A stretch of 64,000 nucleotides of DNA, taken from NCBI GenBank assembly GCA_938075195.1, contig CALJGK010000031.1:10440-74439 (forward strand), in the 5' to 3' direction. Positions 48,300 through 58,729 of the stretch are shown here, in pieces. The translations under genes and the position numbers were made by a program. Every line of letters begins with the position of its first letter. Position 1 is the first letter of the stretch. Below the pieces are notes generated by a model that saw only the letters and a list, made by a program, of their open reading frames with translations, made no database searches and was not told where the DNA came from. The DNA is from an uncultured SAR86 cluster bacterium. Lineage in GTDB: Bacteria > Pseudomonadota > Gammaproteobacteria > Magnimaribacterales > Magnimaribacteraceae.

Positions 48300-49298
48300 G
48301 TGTCTCCAGTAAAGAGCTTCAGGTTATCAGAACTTGCTGATGCAATTGGTGGTGAAGTTGAAGGTGATCCTAACACAGAGATATTAGGGATAGCCTCTTT
48401 GGCTGCTGCCACTAAACAAGAAATAACCTTTATAACTAGAGAATCTTTTATACCTGAGCTTCTCACTACTCATGCAGCTGCAGTAATATGTAATGATAAA
48501 TTATCTGAGCATTTTAAAGGGCCTAAGATAATTGGTGAAAATCCGCATCTTCTCTATGCTAAATGTACTGAAATATTTAAAACAAGACTCTCATCTCATG
48601 CCGGTATAGGTAAACTCACTTTTATTGATGAATCTGCTTCCGTAGCATCAAGTGCAGTCATAGAGAATTTTGTAACAATATCTAAAAATGCGGTAATAGA
48701 AGAAGATGTTGTTTTAATGCCTGGTGTGTTTATCGGACATAATGTAGTAGTAAAAAGTGGTACAGTTATATATTCCAATGCTTCTGTTTATGATTCTGTT
48801 GAAATAGGTCATGATTGCATAATCCATTCAGGCGTAGTTTTGGGTTCGGATGGCTTAGGTTTTGCTAAAGATAATGGAGCCTGGGTAAAAATCCAGCATT
48901 TGGGTGGGGTGGTCATAGGTAATAATGTTGAATTGGGGTCAAACACAACAATAGATAGAGGGTCCGTAGGGAACACGATAGTTGAAGATAATGTCAAAAT
49001 AGATAATCTAGTTCACTTAGCACATAATGTGCAAATCGGCTCGGGGACAGCCATAGCTGCAAATAGTGCAGTCGCAGGTAGCACCAAAGTAGGTAAAAAT
49101 TGCACCTTGGCAGGATGTACTGCTCTTGTAGATAACATTGCATTAGTGGATGAAGTACACATAACCGCTAAATCTTTGATAACAAAATCAATCAAAGAAA
49201 GTGGTTTTTATTCATCCGGAACTCCTTTTATGAAAAATACTGAATGGAAGAAAAATGCTGTTGGATTTAAAAAGCTTTATAAATTGTTAAAAAATTAA
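48300..49298 (+). CDS. lpxD: UDP-3-O-acylglucosamine N-acyltransferase (GTG start)
   Basis: Hexapeptide repeats, [24 protein letters not shown]. Confidence 0.97.
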   Translation: MSPVKSFRLSELADAIGGEVEGDPNTEILGIASLAAATKQEITFITRESFIPELLTTHAAAVICNDKLSEHFKGPKIIGENPHLLYAKCTEIFKTRLSSHAGIGKLTFIDESASVASSAVIENFVTISKNAVIEEDVVLMPGVFIGHNVVVKSGTVIYSNASVYDSVEIGHDCIIHSGVVLGSDGLGFAKDNGAWVKIQHLGGVVIGNNVELGSNTTIDRGSVGNTIVEDNVKIDNLVHLAHNVQIGSGTAIAANSAVAGSTKVGKNCTLAGCTALVDNIALVDEVHITAKSLITKSIKESGFYSSGTPFMKNTEWKKNAVGFKKLYKLLKN

Positions 49299-49302
49299 AG
49301 AG

Positions 49303-49749
49303 ATGGAAATTAAAATAAATATAGAAGAAATACAAGAATTTTTACCTCATAGATATCCTATGCTACTAGTAGATAGGGTTACAGAGATAGTTTTAGGTGA
49401 CTCCATAAGTGCTTACAAAAACATTACTACTAATGAGCCCTTTTTTATGGGTCATTTCCCAGGAAAACAAGTTATGCCAGGAGTGTTAATTGTTGAGGCT
49501 ATGGCTCAAGCTTCAGGAATTTTGGGCTTTAAAACAATGGATAAAAAGCCAGAAGATGGATCTATTTACTATTTTGTAGGCGCTGATAATCTTCGATTCA
49601 AAAGACCTGCAGTCCCTGGAGATAAATTGATCCTTAATTCTAAGGTTGTTACGAATAAGAAAGGCATATGGAAATTTGATTGTAATGCAATGGTAGAAAG
49701 TGAGTTAGTTGCCAAAGCAACGATACTATGCGCGGATAGACCAAAGTAA
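49303..49749 (+). CDS. fabZ: 3-hydroxyacyl-ACP dehydratase
   Basis: [28 protein letters not shown]. Confidence 0.98.
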   Translation: MEIKINIEEIQEFLPHRYPMLLVDRVTEIVLGDSISAYKNITTNEPFFMGHFPGKQVMPGVLIVEAMAQASGILGFKTMDKKPEDGSIYYFVGADNLRFKRPAVPGDKLILNSKVVTNKKGIWKFDCNAMVESELVAKATILCADRPK

Positions 49750-49751
49750 AC

Positions 49752-50522
49752 ATGCAGCATCCTTCTTCCTTAATAGATCCATCAGCTAAAATCCATGAGT
49801 CTGTAGAAATTGGCCCTTTTTGTTTAATTGGTCCTGATGTAGAAATAGGAGAAAACACAAAAATTGAATCACATGTTATCTTGAAAGGTCCTACAAAAAT
49901 AGGTCGAAGAAACCATATATTTCAATTTTCAACTGTTGGAGACGGTAGCCCTGATAAAAAATACAACAATGAACCTACAACTCTACTGATCGGTGATGAC
50001 AATATCATTAGAGAAGGAGTCACAATTCATAGAGGGACTATACAAGACAGAGGCGAGACTTTAATAGGTAATAGAAATCTCATTATGGCCTATTCTCATA
50101 TAGCTCATGATTGCGTACTAGGAGATGATATTGTTTTGACCAACCAAGCTGCACTTGCAGGATCAGTACTAGTTGGAGATGGCGCCATTCTTGGAGGATA
50201 TGCAATTGTGCATCAATTTTGCTCTATAGGAAGTTATAGTTTTTGTGCTATGGGCAGTTCAGTTAACAAAGATGTACCAGCTTATATAAAAGTGAGAGGG
50301 AATCCGGCCGGCCCTTTTGGTATTAATGTGACAGGCATCAAAAGGCTGGGTTATTCGAAAGAAAGTATAGAGGCATTAAGGTCCGCATATAGATCAGTTT
50401 ATAGAAAAAAATTAACAGTTGATGAGGCCCTGGAAGATGTAAAATCTTTAAGAAAAGACTTCAAAGAAGTAGATATTTTTATGTCTTCTATAGAGAAATC
50501 TACGAGAGGTATTTCTCGTTAA
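49752..50522 (+). CDS. lpxA: UDP-N-acetylglucosamine O-acyltransferase
   Basis: Hexapeptide repeats, IREGVTIHRGT, HIAHDC. Confidence 0.98.
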   Translation: MQHPSSLIDPSAKIHESVEIGPFCLIGPDVEIGENTKIESHVILKGPTKIGRRNHIFQFSTVGDGSPDKKYNNEPTTLLIGDDNIIREGVTIHRGTIQDRGETLIGNRNLIMAYSHIAHDCVLGDDIVLTNQAALAGSVLVGDGAILGGYAIVHQFCSIGSYSFCAMGSSVNKDVPAYIKVRGNPAGPFGINVTGIKRLGYSKESIEALRSAYRSVYRKKLTVDEALEDVKSLRKDFKEVDIFMSSIEKSTRGISR

Positions 50523-51640
50523 TGACTCAAATAGATAAGAGTCGTAATATAAAGATCGCAATTGTTGCGGGAGAAAAGTCTGGTGATGCTTTGGGTGCTC
50601 CATTGATGGAATCTTTAATAGCAACCAACCCTTCGATAGATTTTGTTGGAGTAGGTGGCCCAAAAATGATATCTAAAGGCCTTAACTCATTTTTTCAGAT
50701 GGATGAAATCTCAGTTATGGGGATCATCGAACCTCTATTAAATCTAAGAAAGCTTCTAAGGCTCCGAAAAGATCTTAAAGATTATCTGTTAAAAGAAAAT
50801 CCAGATATCTTTATAGGAATTGACTCTCCTGATTTTAATTTACCGATTAGCAAATTTTTAAAACTAAAGTTAGGCATTAAGACCGTGCAATATGTCAGTC
50901 CTTCCGTTTGGGCATGGCGAAAGGGCCGTATAAAATCTATGGAAGAATCTATTGATAGTGTCCTTACATTATTCCCTTTTGAGGAATCAGCTTACTCAGA
51001 ATCAATAATCAATGTTTCATATGTAGGGCATCCTTTGGCCTCTACAATCAATGTAAATGAAGAAGAAATTGATTCTAAAGTTAAGGACAGCATTGCATTA
51101 TTGCCAGGCAGTCGAAAATCTGAAGTATCTTTACTTGGCAAAGAAATGGTTAATGCGGCAAGAGCATTAAAGAAACTAAATTCAGGTTATAAATTCTTTA
51201 TGCCTTTATCGGACAAAGGCCACCTCAAATTTTTGGATAAAGATATCAATGACTTTGTGGATATTAGTTTTGGAAATGCTCAGGAAGTATTGAAAAAATC
51301 AGAAATGGCAATTATTACTTCCGGTACAGCAACTCTTGAATCTATCTTATCATGCACTCCTTGTGTGACTTTATATAAAACTAATTGGTTGTCTTATTTC
51401 ATCATTAAGCCGCTTTTAAAAATTGATTCCTTTTCATTACCTAATTTAATTTCAGGGAAAGAGATTCTTCCTGAGCTACTTCAAGCAGAAATCTCAACAG
51501 AAAAGGTTATTGATTCAATAAATTTCATTAAAAATAAAGGTCTTAAATTTTTTAGAAATGAATTTGAGTCTATCAGGATTCAACTAAAAGCTGGTGGAGC
51601 TGAAAAGGCTGCTCAAGAAATTCTTAAGATTTTAAATTGA
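50522..51640 (+). CDS. lpxB: Lipid A disaccharide synthase
   Basis: AGEKSGD, IDSPDFN, YVSPSVWAWR, LLPGSR, SGTATLE. Confidence 0.97.
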   Translation: MTQIDKSRNIKIAIVAGEKSGDALGAPLMESLIATNPSIDFVGVGGPKMISKGLNSFFQMDEISVMGIIEPLLNLRKLLRLRKDLKDYLLKENPDIFIGIDSPDFNLPISKFLKLKLGIKTVQYVSPSVWAWRKGRIKSMEESIDSVLTLFPFEESAYSESIINVSYVGHPLASTINVNEEEIDSKVKDSIALLPGSRKSEVSLLGKEMVNAARALKKLNSGYKFFMPLSDKGHLKFLDKDINDFVDISFGNAQEVLKKSEMAIITSGTATLESILSCTPCVTLYKTNWLSYFIIKPLLKIDSFSLPNLISGKEILPELLQAEISTEKVIDSINFIKNKGLKFFRNEFESIRIQLKAGGAEKAAQEILKILN

Positions 51641-52206
51641 TTACCGCAGGTGTAGATGAAGCGGGAAGGGGCCCTCTAGCTGGACCCGTTTTTGCCGCAG
51701 CAGTTATATTGAAGCCAAAAGAAGAAATAAAGGGTTTAAATGACTCTAAGAAAATTCCCGAAAAAAAAAGAGAAGCGATAATAGAGGAAATAAAGCTTCA
51801 TTCTATAGCGTGGTCAATAGGTTTAAGTAGTGTATTAGAAATTGATTCTATGAATATCTTACAAGCATCTTTACTGGCAATGAAGAGGGCCATTGAAGGG
51901 CTAGAAGTACTTCCTGAATTGGTTTTAGTGGATGGGATTCACCCACCTTTAGTAAATATTTCAACCAAAACAATTATAAAGGGTGATCAAAATGAAAGAA
52001 GTATTATGGCAGCATCTATTCTTGCTAAAGTTTCAAGAGATAATTATATGAGAGACCTAGATACTATTTATCCCATATATGGCTTTAAGCAACATAAAGG
52101 TTATCCTACAAAGATGCACTTAGAAGCATTAAACTCTTACGGTATAACCAAAGAACATAGATTAAGTTTTAAACCAGTAAAAAATATTCATGAGTCAAAT
52201 AAATAA
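51637..52206 (+). CDS. rnhB: Ribonuclease HII (TTG start)
   Basis: GVDEAGRGPLAGPV, DSKK, AASILAKV, HKGYPT. Confidence 0.98.
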   Translation: MITAGVDEAGRGPLAGPVFAAAVILKPKEEIKGLNDSKKIPEKKREAIIEEIKLHSIAWSIGLSSVLEIDSMNILQASLLAMKRAIEGLEVLPELVLVDGIHPPLVNISTKTIIKGDQNERSIMAASILAKVSRDNYMRDLDTIYPIYGFKQHKGYPTKMHLEALNSYGITKEHRLSFKPVKNIHESNK

Positions 52207-55200
52207 ACTAGATTTTGTTCATCTACATTTGCATTCTGAATACTCATTGGTTGACGGTATTATCAGGGTAGATGAATTAGTAGAGCATTCTCTTAATCAT
52301 GGCTATCATTCTGTAGCATTAACTGATTTAACAAATCTCTTCGGTCTAATTGAATTTTATAGGTCAGCAAGAAATAAAGGTATTAAGCCTATAGTAGGCG
52401 CAGAAATAAATGTGGCTAAAGACAAGGATTCTTTGAATGCTCCACTTGTCTTGTTAGCCATGAACAAGCAGGGTTATATTAATTTAACTAAACTGGTATC
52501 TAAGGCTTACGTTGAAGGTCAGATAAATGGAGAGCCCATCGTGCTATTCAGTTGGCTGGAAGAGTTTTCTGACGGTATCATCGCTTTATCAGGTGGCATG
52601 GAGGGGCATATAGGAAACTCTATACTAGCCGGGAATAAGCAACTATCTGAGTCTAGAGTAGATTTTTTTAAAAATATTTTTAAAGATAATTTTTTCATAG
52701 AAATACAAAGACTTGGAAAGCCTAATGAAAAGGAATATAACGATTCAGTCTTGCAGTTAGCTTCAGACATGCAGATACCGGTTGTAGCAACTAACAATGT
52801 AAGATTTCTAAATCCAGTTGATCCCGAAATATCTCCTTCAGACTTCGAAGCACATGAAGCTCGAGTTTGTATTCAGAGAGGCGAAACTTTAGATGATCCC
52901 AGAAGACCTAAAAATTACACGGAGCAGCAATTTTTTAGAAGTAAGGAAGAAATGATAAATCTCTTTGCAGACTTACCAGAGGCTTTAATCAATACTGTGA
53001 AAATTGCCGAAAAATGCAATATTGATTTAGAGCTGGGTAAGTTCTATTTACCTGATTTTGAAGTGCCTGAAGAATTTTCAAGAGAAGAATTTTTAAGAAA
53101 ATTATCTAAAGAAGGCTTGCTTGAAAGAATTAAAGAAATAGAGAGTTCAGTAGATTCCTACAAAATTGATGAAGCACAATATATTCAAAGACTTGATTAT
53201 GAATTAGACATGATCTGTAAACTTGATTTTGCTGGTTACTTTTTGATAGTTGCAGATTTTGTTAATTGGGCTCAAAAAAATGATATACCTGTTGGACCTG
53301 GCAGAGGTTCAGGGGCCGGTTCAATAGTGGCTTACTCACTTGGAATAACCGCCATTGATCCTATTAGATATGACCTTTTATTTGAGAGGTTTCTTAACCC
53401 TGAACGGGTAAGTAACCCTGACTTTGATATAGATTTTTGCATAGAAGGTAGAGACAAAGTCTTAGAGTATGTTACCAATAAATATGGCAAAGATTCAGTA
53501 GCACAAATCAGCACACGCGGAACAATGGCTGCTAGAGCAGTTTTAAGAGACGTAGTTAGAGTTCTAGGTAAGCCTTATGGTTTTGGAGATCGTTTAGCTA
53601 AAGCCATACCGGATGTATTGGGTATTAGCCTGGAAGAAGCATTCGAAGAAAAACAATTTAAAGAAACAATTGAAGAGTCAGATGAATCTAAAGAAGTTTT
53701 TGATATGGCACTTAAATTAGAGGGATTATCAAGAAGCGTAGGAACTCATGCAGCTGGTGTTGTAATTGCCCCAACCGCCCTTACTGATTTTACTCCTTTA
53801 TTTTTAGATTCGGATAAAGGGACAGTAGCATCACAATTTGACATGGGAGATGTAGAGTCTGCTGGTCTAGTAAAATTTGATTTTTTGGGATTAAAGACCC
53901 TTACAGTGATAGACCAATCAGTTCGAAGAATAAACTCATCATTAAAAGAAAAAGAAGAAAAATTAAATATTGATAATTTATCCTTAAGAGATCAAAAGAC
54001 TTTTGAGTTATTGCAAAGAGGAGAAACAACTGCAATTTTCCAATTGGAATCAAAAGGGATGAGAGATTATTTAAAACAATTGATTCCAAATGATTTTGAA
54101 GACATTGTTAGTATGAATGCTCTTTATAGACCCGGAGCACTCGGAATGAATATGGTTGATTCTTATATCAATAGAAAGCATGGAAAAGAAGAAGTAACTT
54201 ATGGCCATGAATCTGTTAAAAAGATACTGGGCACGACTTATGGAGTCATAGTCTATCAAGAACAGGTAATGCAAATAGCTCAGGAGCTTTCTGGTTTTTC
54301 ATTGGGTCAAGCGGATATTCTAAGAAGGGCGATGGGGAAGAAGAAAAAAGAAGAAATGGAAAGTTTAAGGTCCACCTTTGTAGATGGCGCAGTAAAAAAA
54401 GATGTAAATGAGAGATATGCTGCCAATCTCTTTGATCAAATCGAACAATTTGCAGGTTATGGTTTTAACAGATCTCATTCGGTAGGCTATGCACTAATTG
54501 CCTACCAAACCGCTTGGCTCAAAGCTCACTATCCTGCTGAATTCATGGCATCGGTTTTATCATGTGATCTTGGGAATACAGATAATATTCAGCTCTTTGT
54601 AGATGATTGTAAAAATATAGGCTTGACAGTTTTAAGTCCTGACATAAATCAAAGTTCTTATAAATTTGAAAACCCAAACAACAAGACCATTTTGTATGGC
54701 TTGGGAGCAATAAAAGGAATAGGTGAATCTCTAGTAGATAAGATTATTTCTGAGCGAGAATCAGAGAAGTTTAAAGATATTTACGATTTTTGTTCAAGAG
54801 TTGGATTCAAAAGAATAAATAGGAGAATATTAACCACCCTGATAGGTTCAGGTGCAATGGATGCTCTTGGTAAGAGGCAGGATCTATTTGCCAGGATTGA
54901 TTCATGCTTGAAAAATGCAGAACAAGCTTCTGAGAGAGATAAAAGTAATATAAGCGATCTTTTTGGAGAAGAGCTAATTACTCCAGCAATTAATGAAATT
55001 GACCAAGAGGTAGAATTTGATGAGGTATCCGCTGAGTGGAGTTCTTTAGGTTTCTATCTGGATTCTCATCCACTTGAAAATAAGAAGAAAGAAGTAAGAA
55101 ATATGTGTGGTTTCTTTATATCTGAGCTTCAATCTGAAACACATAACCAAAGAATTTCGGGATGTTTAATACAGTTTAATGTACGAAGTGGAAGAAGGGG

Positions 55201-55666
55201 AAGATTCGCCTTTGCAACTCTAGACGATGGCTCTGGAAAGATAGAAGTTTCTATTTGGGCCGATGCTTTTGAAAAATACAGAAATCTACTGAAGAAAGGG
55301 CAAGTGTTGGTTGTAGAAGGAATGGTTGAAAAAGATGCTTACTCAGATTCACAAAGACACAAAATGATCGCAGAAAGAATACTAACGTTTGATCAGGCTC
55401 GACGTGAGTTTGTAAAAAATATTAAAATTGATATCGAAGATTCTACCAATACAGAAGATATTGTTGGCTCTCTAAAAGAAATAGCTAATAGTGATGACGG
55501 AAATTTAATACTCATATCATATAAAGGAAATACAGCGAAAGCAGATATTGTGCTTCCTAAAAACTTTTCAGTAAACCTTGATGATTCTTCAATAAAGGCT
55601 CTAGATAAACGTTTTGGGGCAGAAAATGTTGAGTTCGTTTATCATAGTCAAATACATATCAATTAA
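52190..55666 (+). CDS. dnaE: DNA polymerase III alpha subunit
   Basis: HLHLHSEYS, GPGRGSGAGS, PDFDIDF, GYGFNRSH; 1158 aa, no intein. Confidence 0.99.
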   Translation: MSQINKLDFVHLHLHSEYSLVDGIIRVDELVEHSLNHGYHSVALTDLTNLFGLIEFYRSARNKGIKPIVGAEINVAKDKDSLNAPLVLLAMNKQGYINLTKLVSKAYVEGQINGEPIVLFSWLEEFSDGIIALSGGMEGHIGNSILAGNKQLSESRVDFFKNIFKDNFFIEIQRLGKPNEKEYNDSVLQLASDMQIPVVATNNVRFLNPVDPEISPSDFEAHEARVCIQRGETLDDPRRPKNYTEQQFFRSKEEMINLFADLPEALINTVKIAEKCNIDLELGKFYLPDFEVPEEFSREEFLRKLSKEGLLERIKEIESSVDSYKIDEAQYIQRLDYELDMICKLDFAGYFLIVADFVNWAQKNDIPVGPGRGSGAGSIVAYSLGITAIDPIRYDLLFERFLNPERVSNPDFDIDFCIEGRDKVLEYVTNKYGKDSVAQISTRGTMAARAVLRDVVRVLGKPYGFGDRLAKAIPDVLGISLEEAFEEKQFKETIEESDESKEVFDMALKLEGLSRSVGTHAAGVVIAPTALTDFTPLFLDSDKGTVASQFDMGDVESAGLVKFDFLGLKTLTVIDQSVRRINSSLKEKEEKLNIDNLSLRDQKTFELLQRGETTAIFQLESKGMRDYLKQLIPNDFEDIVSMNALYRPGALGMNMVDSYINRKHGKEEVTYGHESVKKILGTTYGVIVYQEQVMQIAQELSGFSLGQADILRRAMGKKKKEEMESLRSTFVDGAVKKDVNERYAANLFDQIEQFAGYGFNRSHSVGYALIAYQTAWLKAHYPAEFMASVLSCDLGNTDNIQLFVDDCKNIGLTVLSPDINQSSYKFENPNNKTILYGLGAIKGIGESLVDKIISERESEKFKDIYDFCSRVGFKRINRRILTTLIGSGAMDALGKRQDLFARIDSCLKNAEQASERDKSNISDLFGEELITPAINEIDQEVEFDEVSAEWSSLGFYLDSHPLENKKKEVRNMCGFFISELQSETHNQRISGCLIQFNVRSGRRGRFAFATLDDGSGKIEVSIWADAFEKYRNLLKKGQVLVVEGMVEKDAYSDSQRHKMIAERILTFDQARREFVKNIKIDIEDSTNTEDIVGSLKEIANSDDGNLILISYKGNTAKADIVLPKNFSVNLDDSSIKALDKRFGAENVEFVYHSQIHIN

Positions 55667-55675
55667 TTAACAGAA

Positions 55676-56623
55676 ATGCTTAAAAGCTATTTAGATTTTG
55701 AACAACCCATCGCAGATCTTGAACAGCAAGTTTTAGATTTAAAGGATTCTGAGTTAGATGAGAGCTCTCTTCAGAGAGAGGTGGTGAGGTTAAATGAATC
55801 CATCATGAAAACAACGGAAAAAATCTATTCCAATTTAACATCTTGGCAGAATGTGCAAGTAGCAAGACATCCTGAAAGACCCCATTTCATTGATTATGTT
55901 GAAAGAATTACTGATAACTTTGATGAACTGCATGGAGATAGACACTTTTCAGATGATAGGGCTGTATTGGGAGGCATAGGCTCTATAGGTGATTATAAAG
56001 TAATGTTTATTGGGCATGAAAAAGGAAGAACTACGGAAGAAAAAATAAAACATAATTTTGGGATGTCCCAGCCTGAAGGTTATAGAAAGGCTTGCAGGTT
56101 GATGGAATTAGCTGAACGATTCTCGATGCCGATAGTAACCTTGATAGATACACCTGGGGCTTATCCTGGCATTGATAGCGAAGAAAGGGGACAGAGTGAA
56201 GCAATAGCTCACAACCTACGAGTAATGTCCTCATTAAAATCCCCTATTATTGTTAATGTAGTGGGAGAGGGAGGTTCAGGAGGTGCTCTGGCATTGGGTG
56301 TAGGTGATCATATAACCATGCTAGAAAATTCAACCTATTCGGTTGCTTCACCTGAAGCCTGTGCAAGTATAGTTTGGAGAGATTCGACTATGGCAGACAA
56401 AGCAGCTGAAGCAATGAAATTGAATGCAAAAAATATACTTAATTTAGGGCTTATTGATGAAATAATTCCTGAACCTTTAGGTGGTGCACATAGAAATTTT
56501 GACCAAGTATCCTCAAATCTTTCAAGATCCATTTTAAAAAATCTAGATATATTAACTAAACTTCCTATCAATGAACTGGTTGAGAAAAGATATGAAAGGT
56601 TGATGAGTTACGGTTCGATTTAA
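55676..56623 (+). CDS. accA: Acetyl-CoA carboxylase carboxyltransferase alpha
   Basis: ARHPERP, IDTPGAYPG, GEGGSGGAL. Confidence 0.98.
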   Translation: MLKSYLDFEQPIADLEQQVLDLKDSELDESSLQREVVRLNESIMKTTEKIYSNLTSWQNVQVARHPERPHFIDYVERITDNFDELHGDRHFSDDRAVLGGIGSIGDYKVMFIGHEKGRTTEEKIKHNFGMSQPEGYRKACRLMELAERFSMPIVTLIDTPGAYPGIDSEERGQSEAIAHNLRVMSSLKSPIIVNVVGEGGSGGALALGVGDHITMLENSTYSVASPEACASIVWRDSTMADKAAEAMKLNAKNILNLGLIDEIIPEPLGGAHRNFDQVSSNLSRSILKNLDILTKLPINELVEKRYERLMSYGSI

Positions 56624-57954
56624 TGTTTCCGGTAGGTATCCATTTAAACGAATTAAATAATTTTAATAGAATAGGTATAGCCTTTTCAGGAGGCCTGGAT
56701 TCGTCAGCTCTTCTGAAATATGTAACAGAAAACTTCCCTACAAAAGAAAAAATTTATGCTTTACATATAAACCATGGAATTAGTAAGCACTCAGATACTT
56801 GGGAAAATTTTTGTAGAGATCAAGCCTCAATTCTAGGCATTAATTTTAAATCCTGGCAGCTAAGAGATTTAAAAAAGACCTCTGAAAATACTTTAAGAGA
56901 TCATAGGTACAAAATATTTTCTGATTGGTCGAATAAAGATGACCTCATAGTTACAGGACATCATGCAGATGATCAAATAGAAACACTTCTTTTTAGGATA
57001 TTTAGAGGTACGGGTATTAACGGATTAATTGGAATAAAAGAATATTCAACTAATAGAGATTTAAATATCTTAAGACCGTTCATAAATACAAGAAAGGAAG
57101 TTTTATTGAGATACGCCAAAGAATCAAAATTAGATTGGATTGAAGACGACTCCAATAATCAAAATTATTACTCAAGGAATATTATAAGAAATTTATTAAT
57201 TCCTAAGATTATTCAGAGATGGCCGGATTTAGATAAATCCCTTTTGCAGTTATCAAGTCGAGCCAAGAAAACTCAAGAAATCCTTGAAGATATTGCAAAA
57301 GAAGATTTAAAAAAAGTAAACTTCTCAGATAATTCAATAGACCGAATTGAATTGCATGCGCTAAAAAAAGAGAGGCAAGAAAACCTGTTATATTTTTGGT
57401 TGACATATATGAAGGGGTTAAAAGTATCTTCTAAGCAATTAAATGAAATAACATCCTTTATTCAAAATTCTACTCAAGGATCTGCTATGTTTGATTTAAT
57501 TGCTAAAGAAGGCCCTTTGAAAACTAGGCTTTTCATTTCTTCTTCCGAGATAAGTCTTGTTAGTACAGATTCCATAATGAATTTACCTAAAGATCTTAAT
57601 ATAAATTGGAATTTAAAAGATCTAGTAAAAATACCCACTGGAGAAATCTCAATACAAGAGTCTGAAGGAAAGGGTCTAGATAAGAAATTTATTTGCTCAG
57701 GTGCGGTAATCAGATCAAGAGAAGGTGGAGAAAGATGTAAACCTTATGGGAGAGATAAAAGTCAGAAATTAAAGAACCTTTTTCAAGAATACAAGGTTCC
57801 TGATTGGAAGCGAGACCAAATTCCTTTAATCTATATAGATAAAAAATTAGCAGCAGTAGGAGATTTGTGGGTTTGTGAAGAATTTCATGCTGCTTCAAGT
57901 AAACCGAGTATCTCAATTATTTGGAATGAGTATAGTAATCAACAAGGAGATTGA
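56623..57954 (+). CDS. tilS: tRNA(Ile)-lysidine synthetase
   Basis: PP-loop SGGLDS, HHADDQIET, DDSN..RN..R, C-terminal TilS domain. Confidence 0.96.
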   Translation: MFPVGIHLNELNNFNRIGIAFSGGLDSSALLKYVTENFPTKEKIYALHINHGISKHSDTWENFCRDQASILGINFKSWQLRDLKKTSENTLRDHRYKIFSDWSNKDDLIVTGHHADDQIETLLFRIFRGTGINGLIGIKEYSTNRDLNILRPFINTRKEVLLRYAKESKLDWIEDDSNNQNYYSRNIIRNLLIPKIIQRWPDLDKSLLQLSSRAKKTQEILEDIAKEDLKKVNFSDNSIDRIELHALKKERQENLLYFWLTYMKGLKVSSKQLNEITSFIQNSTQGSAMFDLIAKEGPLKTRLFISSSEISLVSTDSIMNLPKDLNINWNLKDLVKIPTGEISIQESEGKGLDKKFICSGAVIRSREGGERCKPYGRDKSQKLKNLFQEYKVPDWKRDQIPLIYIDKKLAAVGDLWVCEEFHAASSKPSISIIWNEYSNQQGD

Positions 57955-57955
57955 T

Positions 57956-58729
57956 ATGAATTTAGAGACAGTAAAATATGAAAAAAAAGGTGCAGTTGCT
58001 TTAATAACATTTAATAGACCTGAGGTTAGAAATGCATTTAATGCAAAAATGACTGAAGATATTTTAGAGGCTCTGCTATCGGCCAAGAATGATGTCTCAG
58101 TTCGGGCTATAGTTCTTACAGGAGAAGGATTAAGTTTCTCCGCTGGTGCTGATTTGTCTGCAAGGGATAGTAAATGGGCGGATACCGAGGCAGCTCTTAT
58201 TGAAGGCTACTTGCCTAGTCTAAAAGAGATCATGGAGATGCCTAAACCGGTTATTTCGGCAGTAAACGGTGCTGCTGCAGGTATTGGTAGCGCCTATGCT
58301 ATGGCATGTGACTTAACAATAATGTCTGAAGAAGCCTATATACTCCAAGCATTCAGCAATATTGGACTTATTCCTGATGGTGGTGCCAATTGGTTTTTAA
58401 CAAATACTGTTGGCTATAAATTGGCATATCAGATTGCCATTGAAGGTGAAAGAATTGAAGCTGAAAGATGTTTAGATCTCGGCTTGATAAACAAAGTTGT
58501 TGCCTCAGATGCTCTGTTGGATGAGGCATTATCTTGGGCAGATAAATTGAGTTTACGCTCGTCACAGTCTTTAAAACTCACTAAACAAATTATGCGAAAA
58601 GCTTTAGATAGTTCTTATGAAGATATTTATGGTTTAGAAGCCAAAACACAAAATACTCTTACCGGTTCGGAAGATAATATTGAAGGTATAACTGCCTTTA
58701 TGGAGAAGAGGCAGCCAAATTTTAGATAA
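57956..58729 (+). CDS. Enoyl-CoA hydratase/isomerase family protein, PaaG-like (start revised to ATG 57956)
   Basis: NRPEVRNA, FSAGADL, VNGAAAGIG, IGLIPDGG; SD AAGGAG. Confidence 0.9.
   Translation: MNLETVKYEKKGAVALITFNRPEVRNAFNAKMTEDILEALLSAKNDVSVRAIVLTGEGLSFSAGADLSARDSKWADTEAALIEGYLPSLKEIMEMPKPVISAVNGAAAGIGSAYAMACDLTIMSEEAYILQAFSNIGLIPDGGANWFLTNTVGYKLAYQIAIEGERIEAERCLDLGLINKVVASDALLDEALSWADKLSLRSSQSLKLTKQIMRKALDSSYEDIYGLEAKTQNTLTGSEDNIEGITAFMEKRQPNFR

Noticed and set aside
52190-55666. Possible intein or unusual insertion in dnaE (also checked rpoC, fusA, uvrA)
   Set aside because: Lengths and motif spacing are ordinary, with no intein splice motifs.
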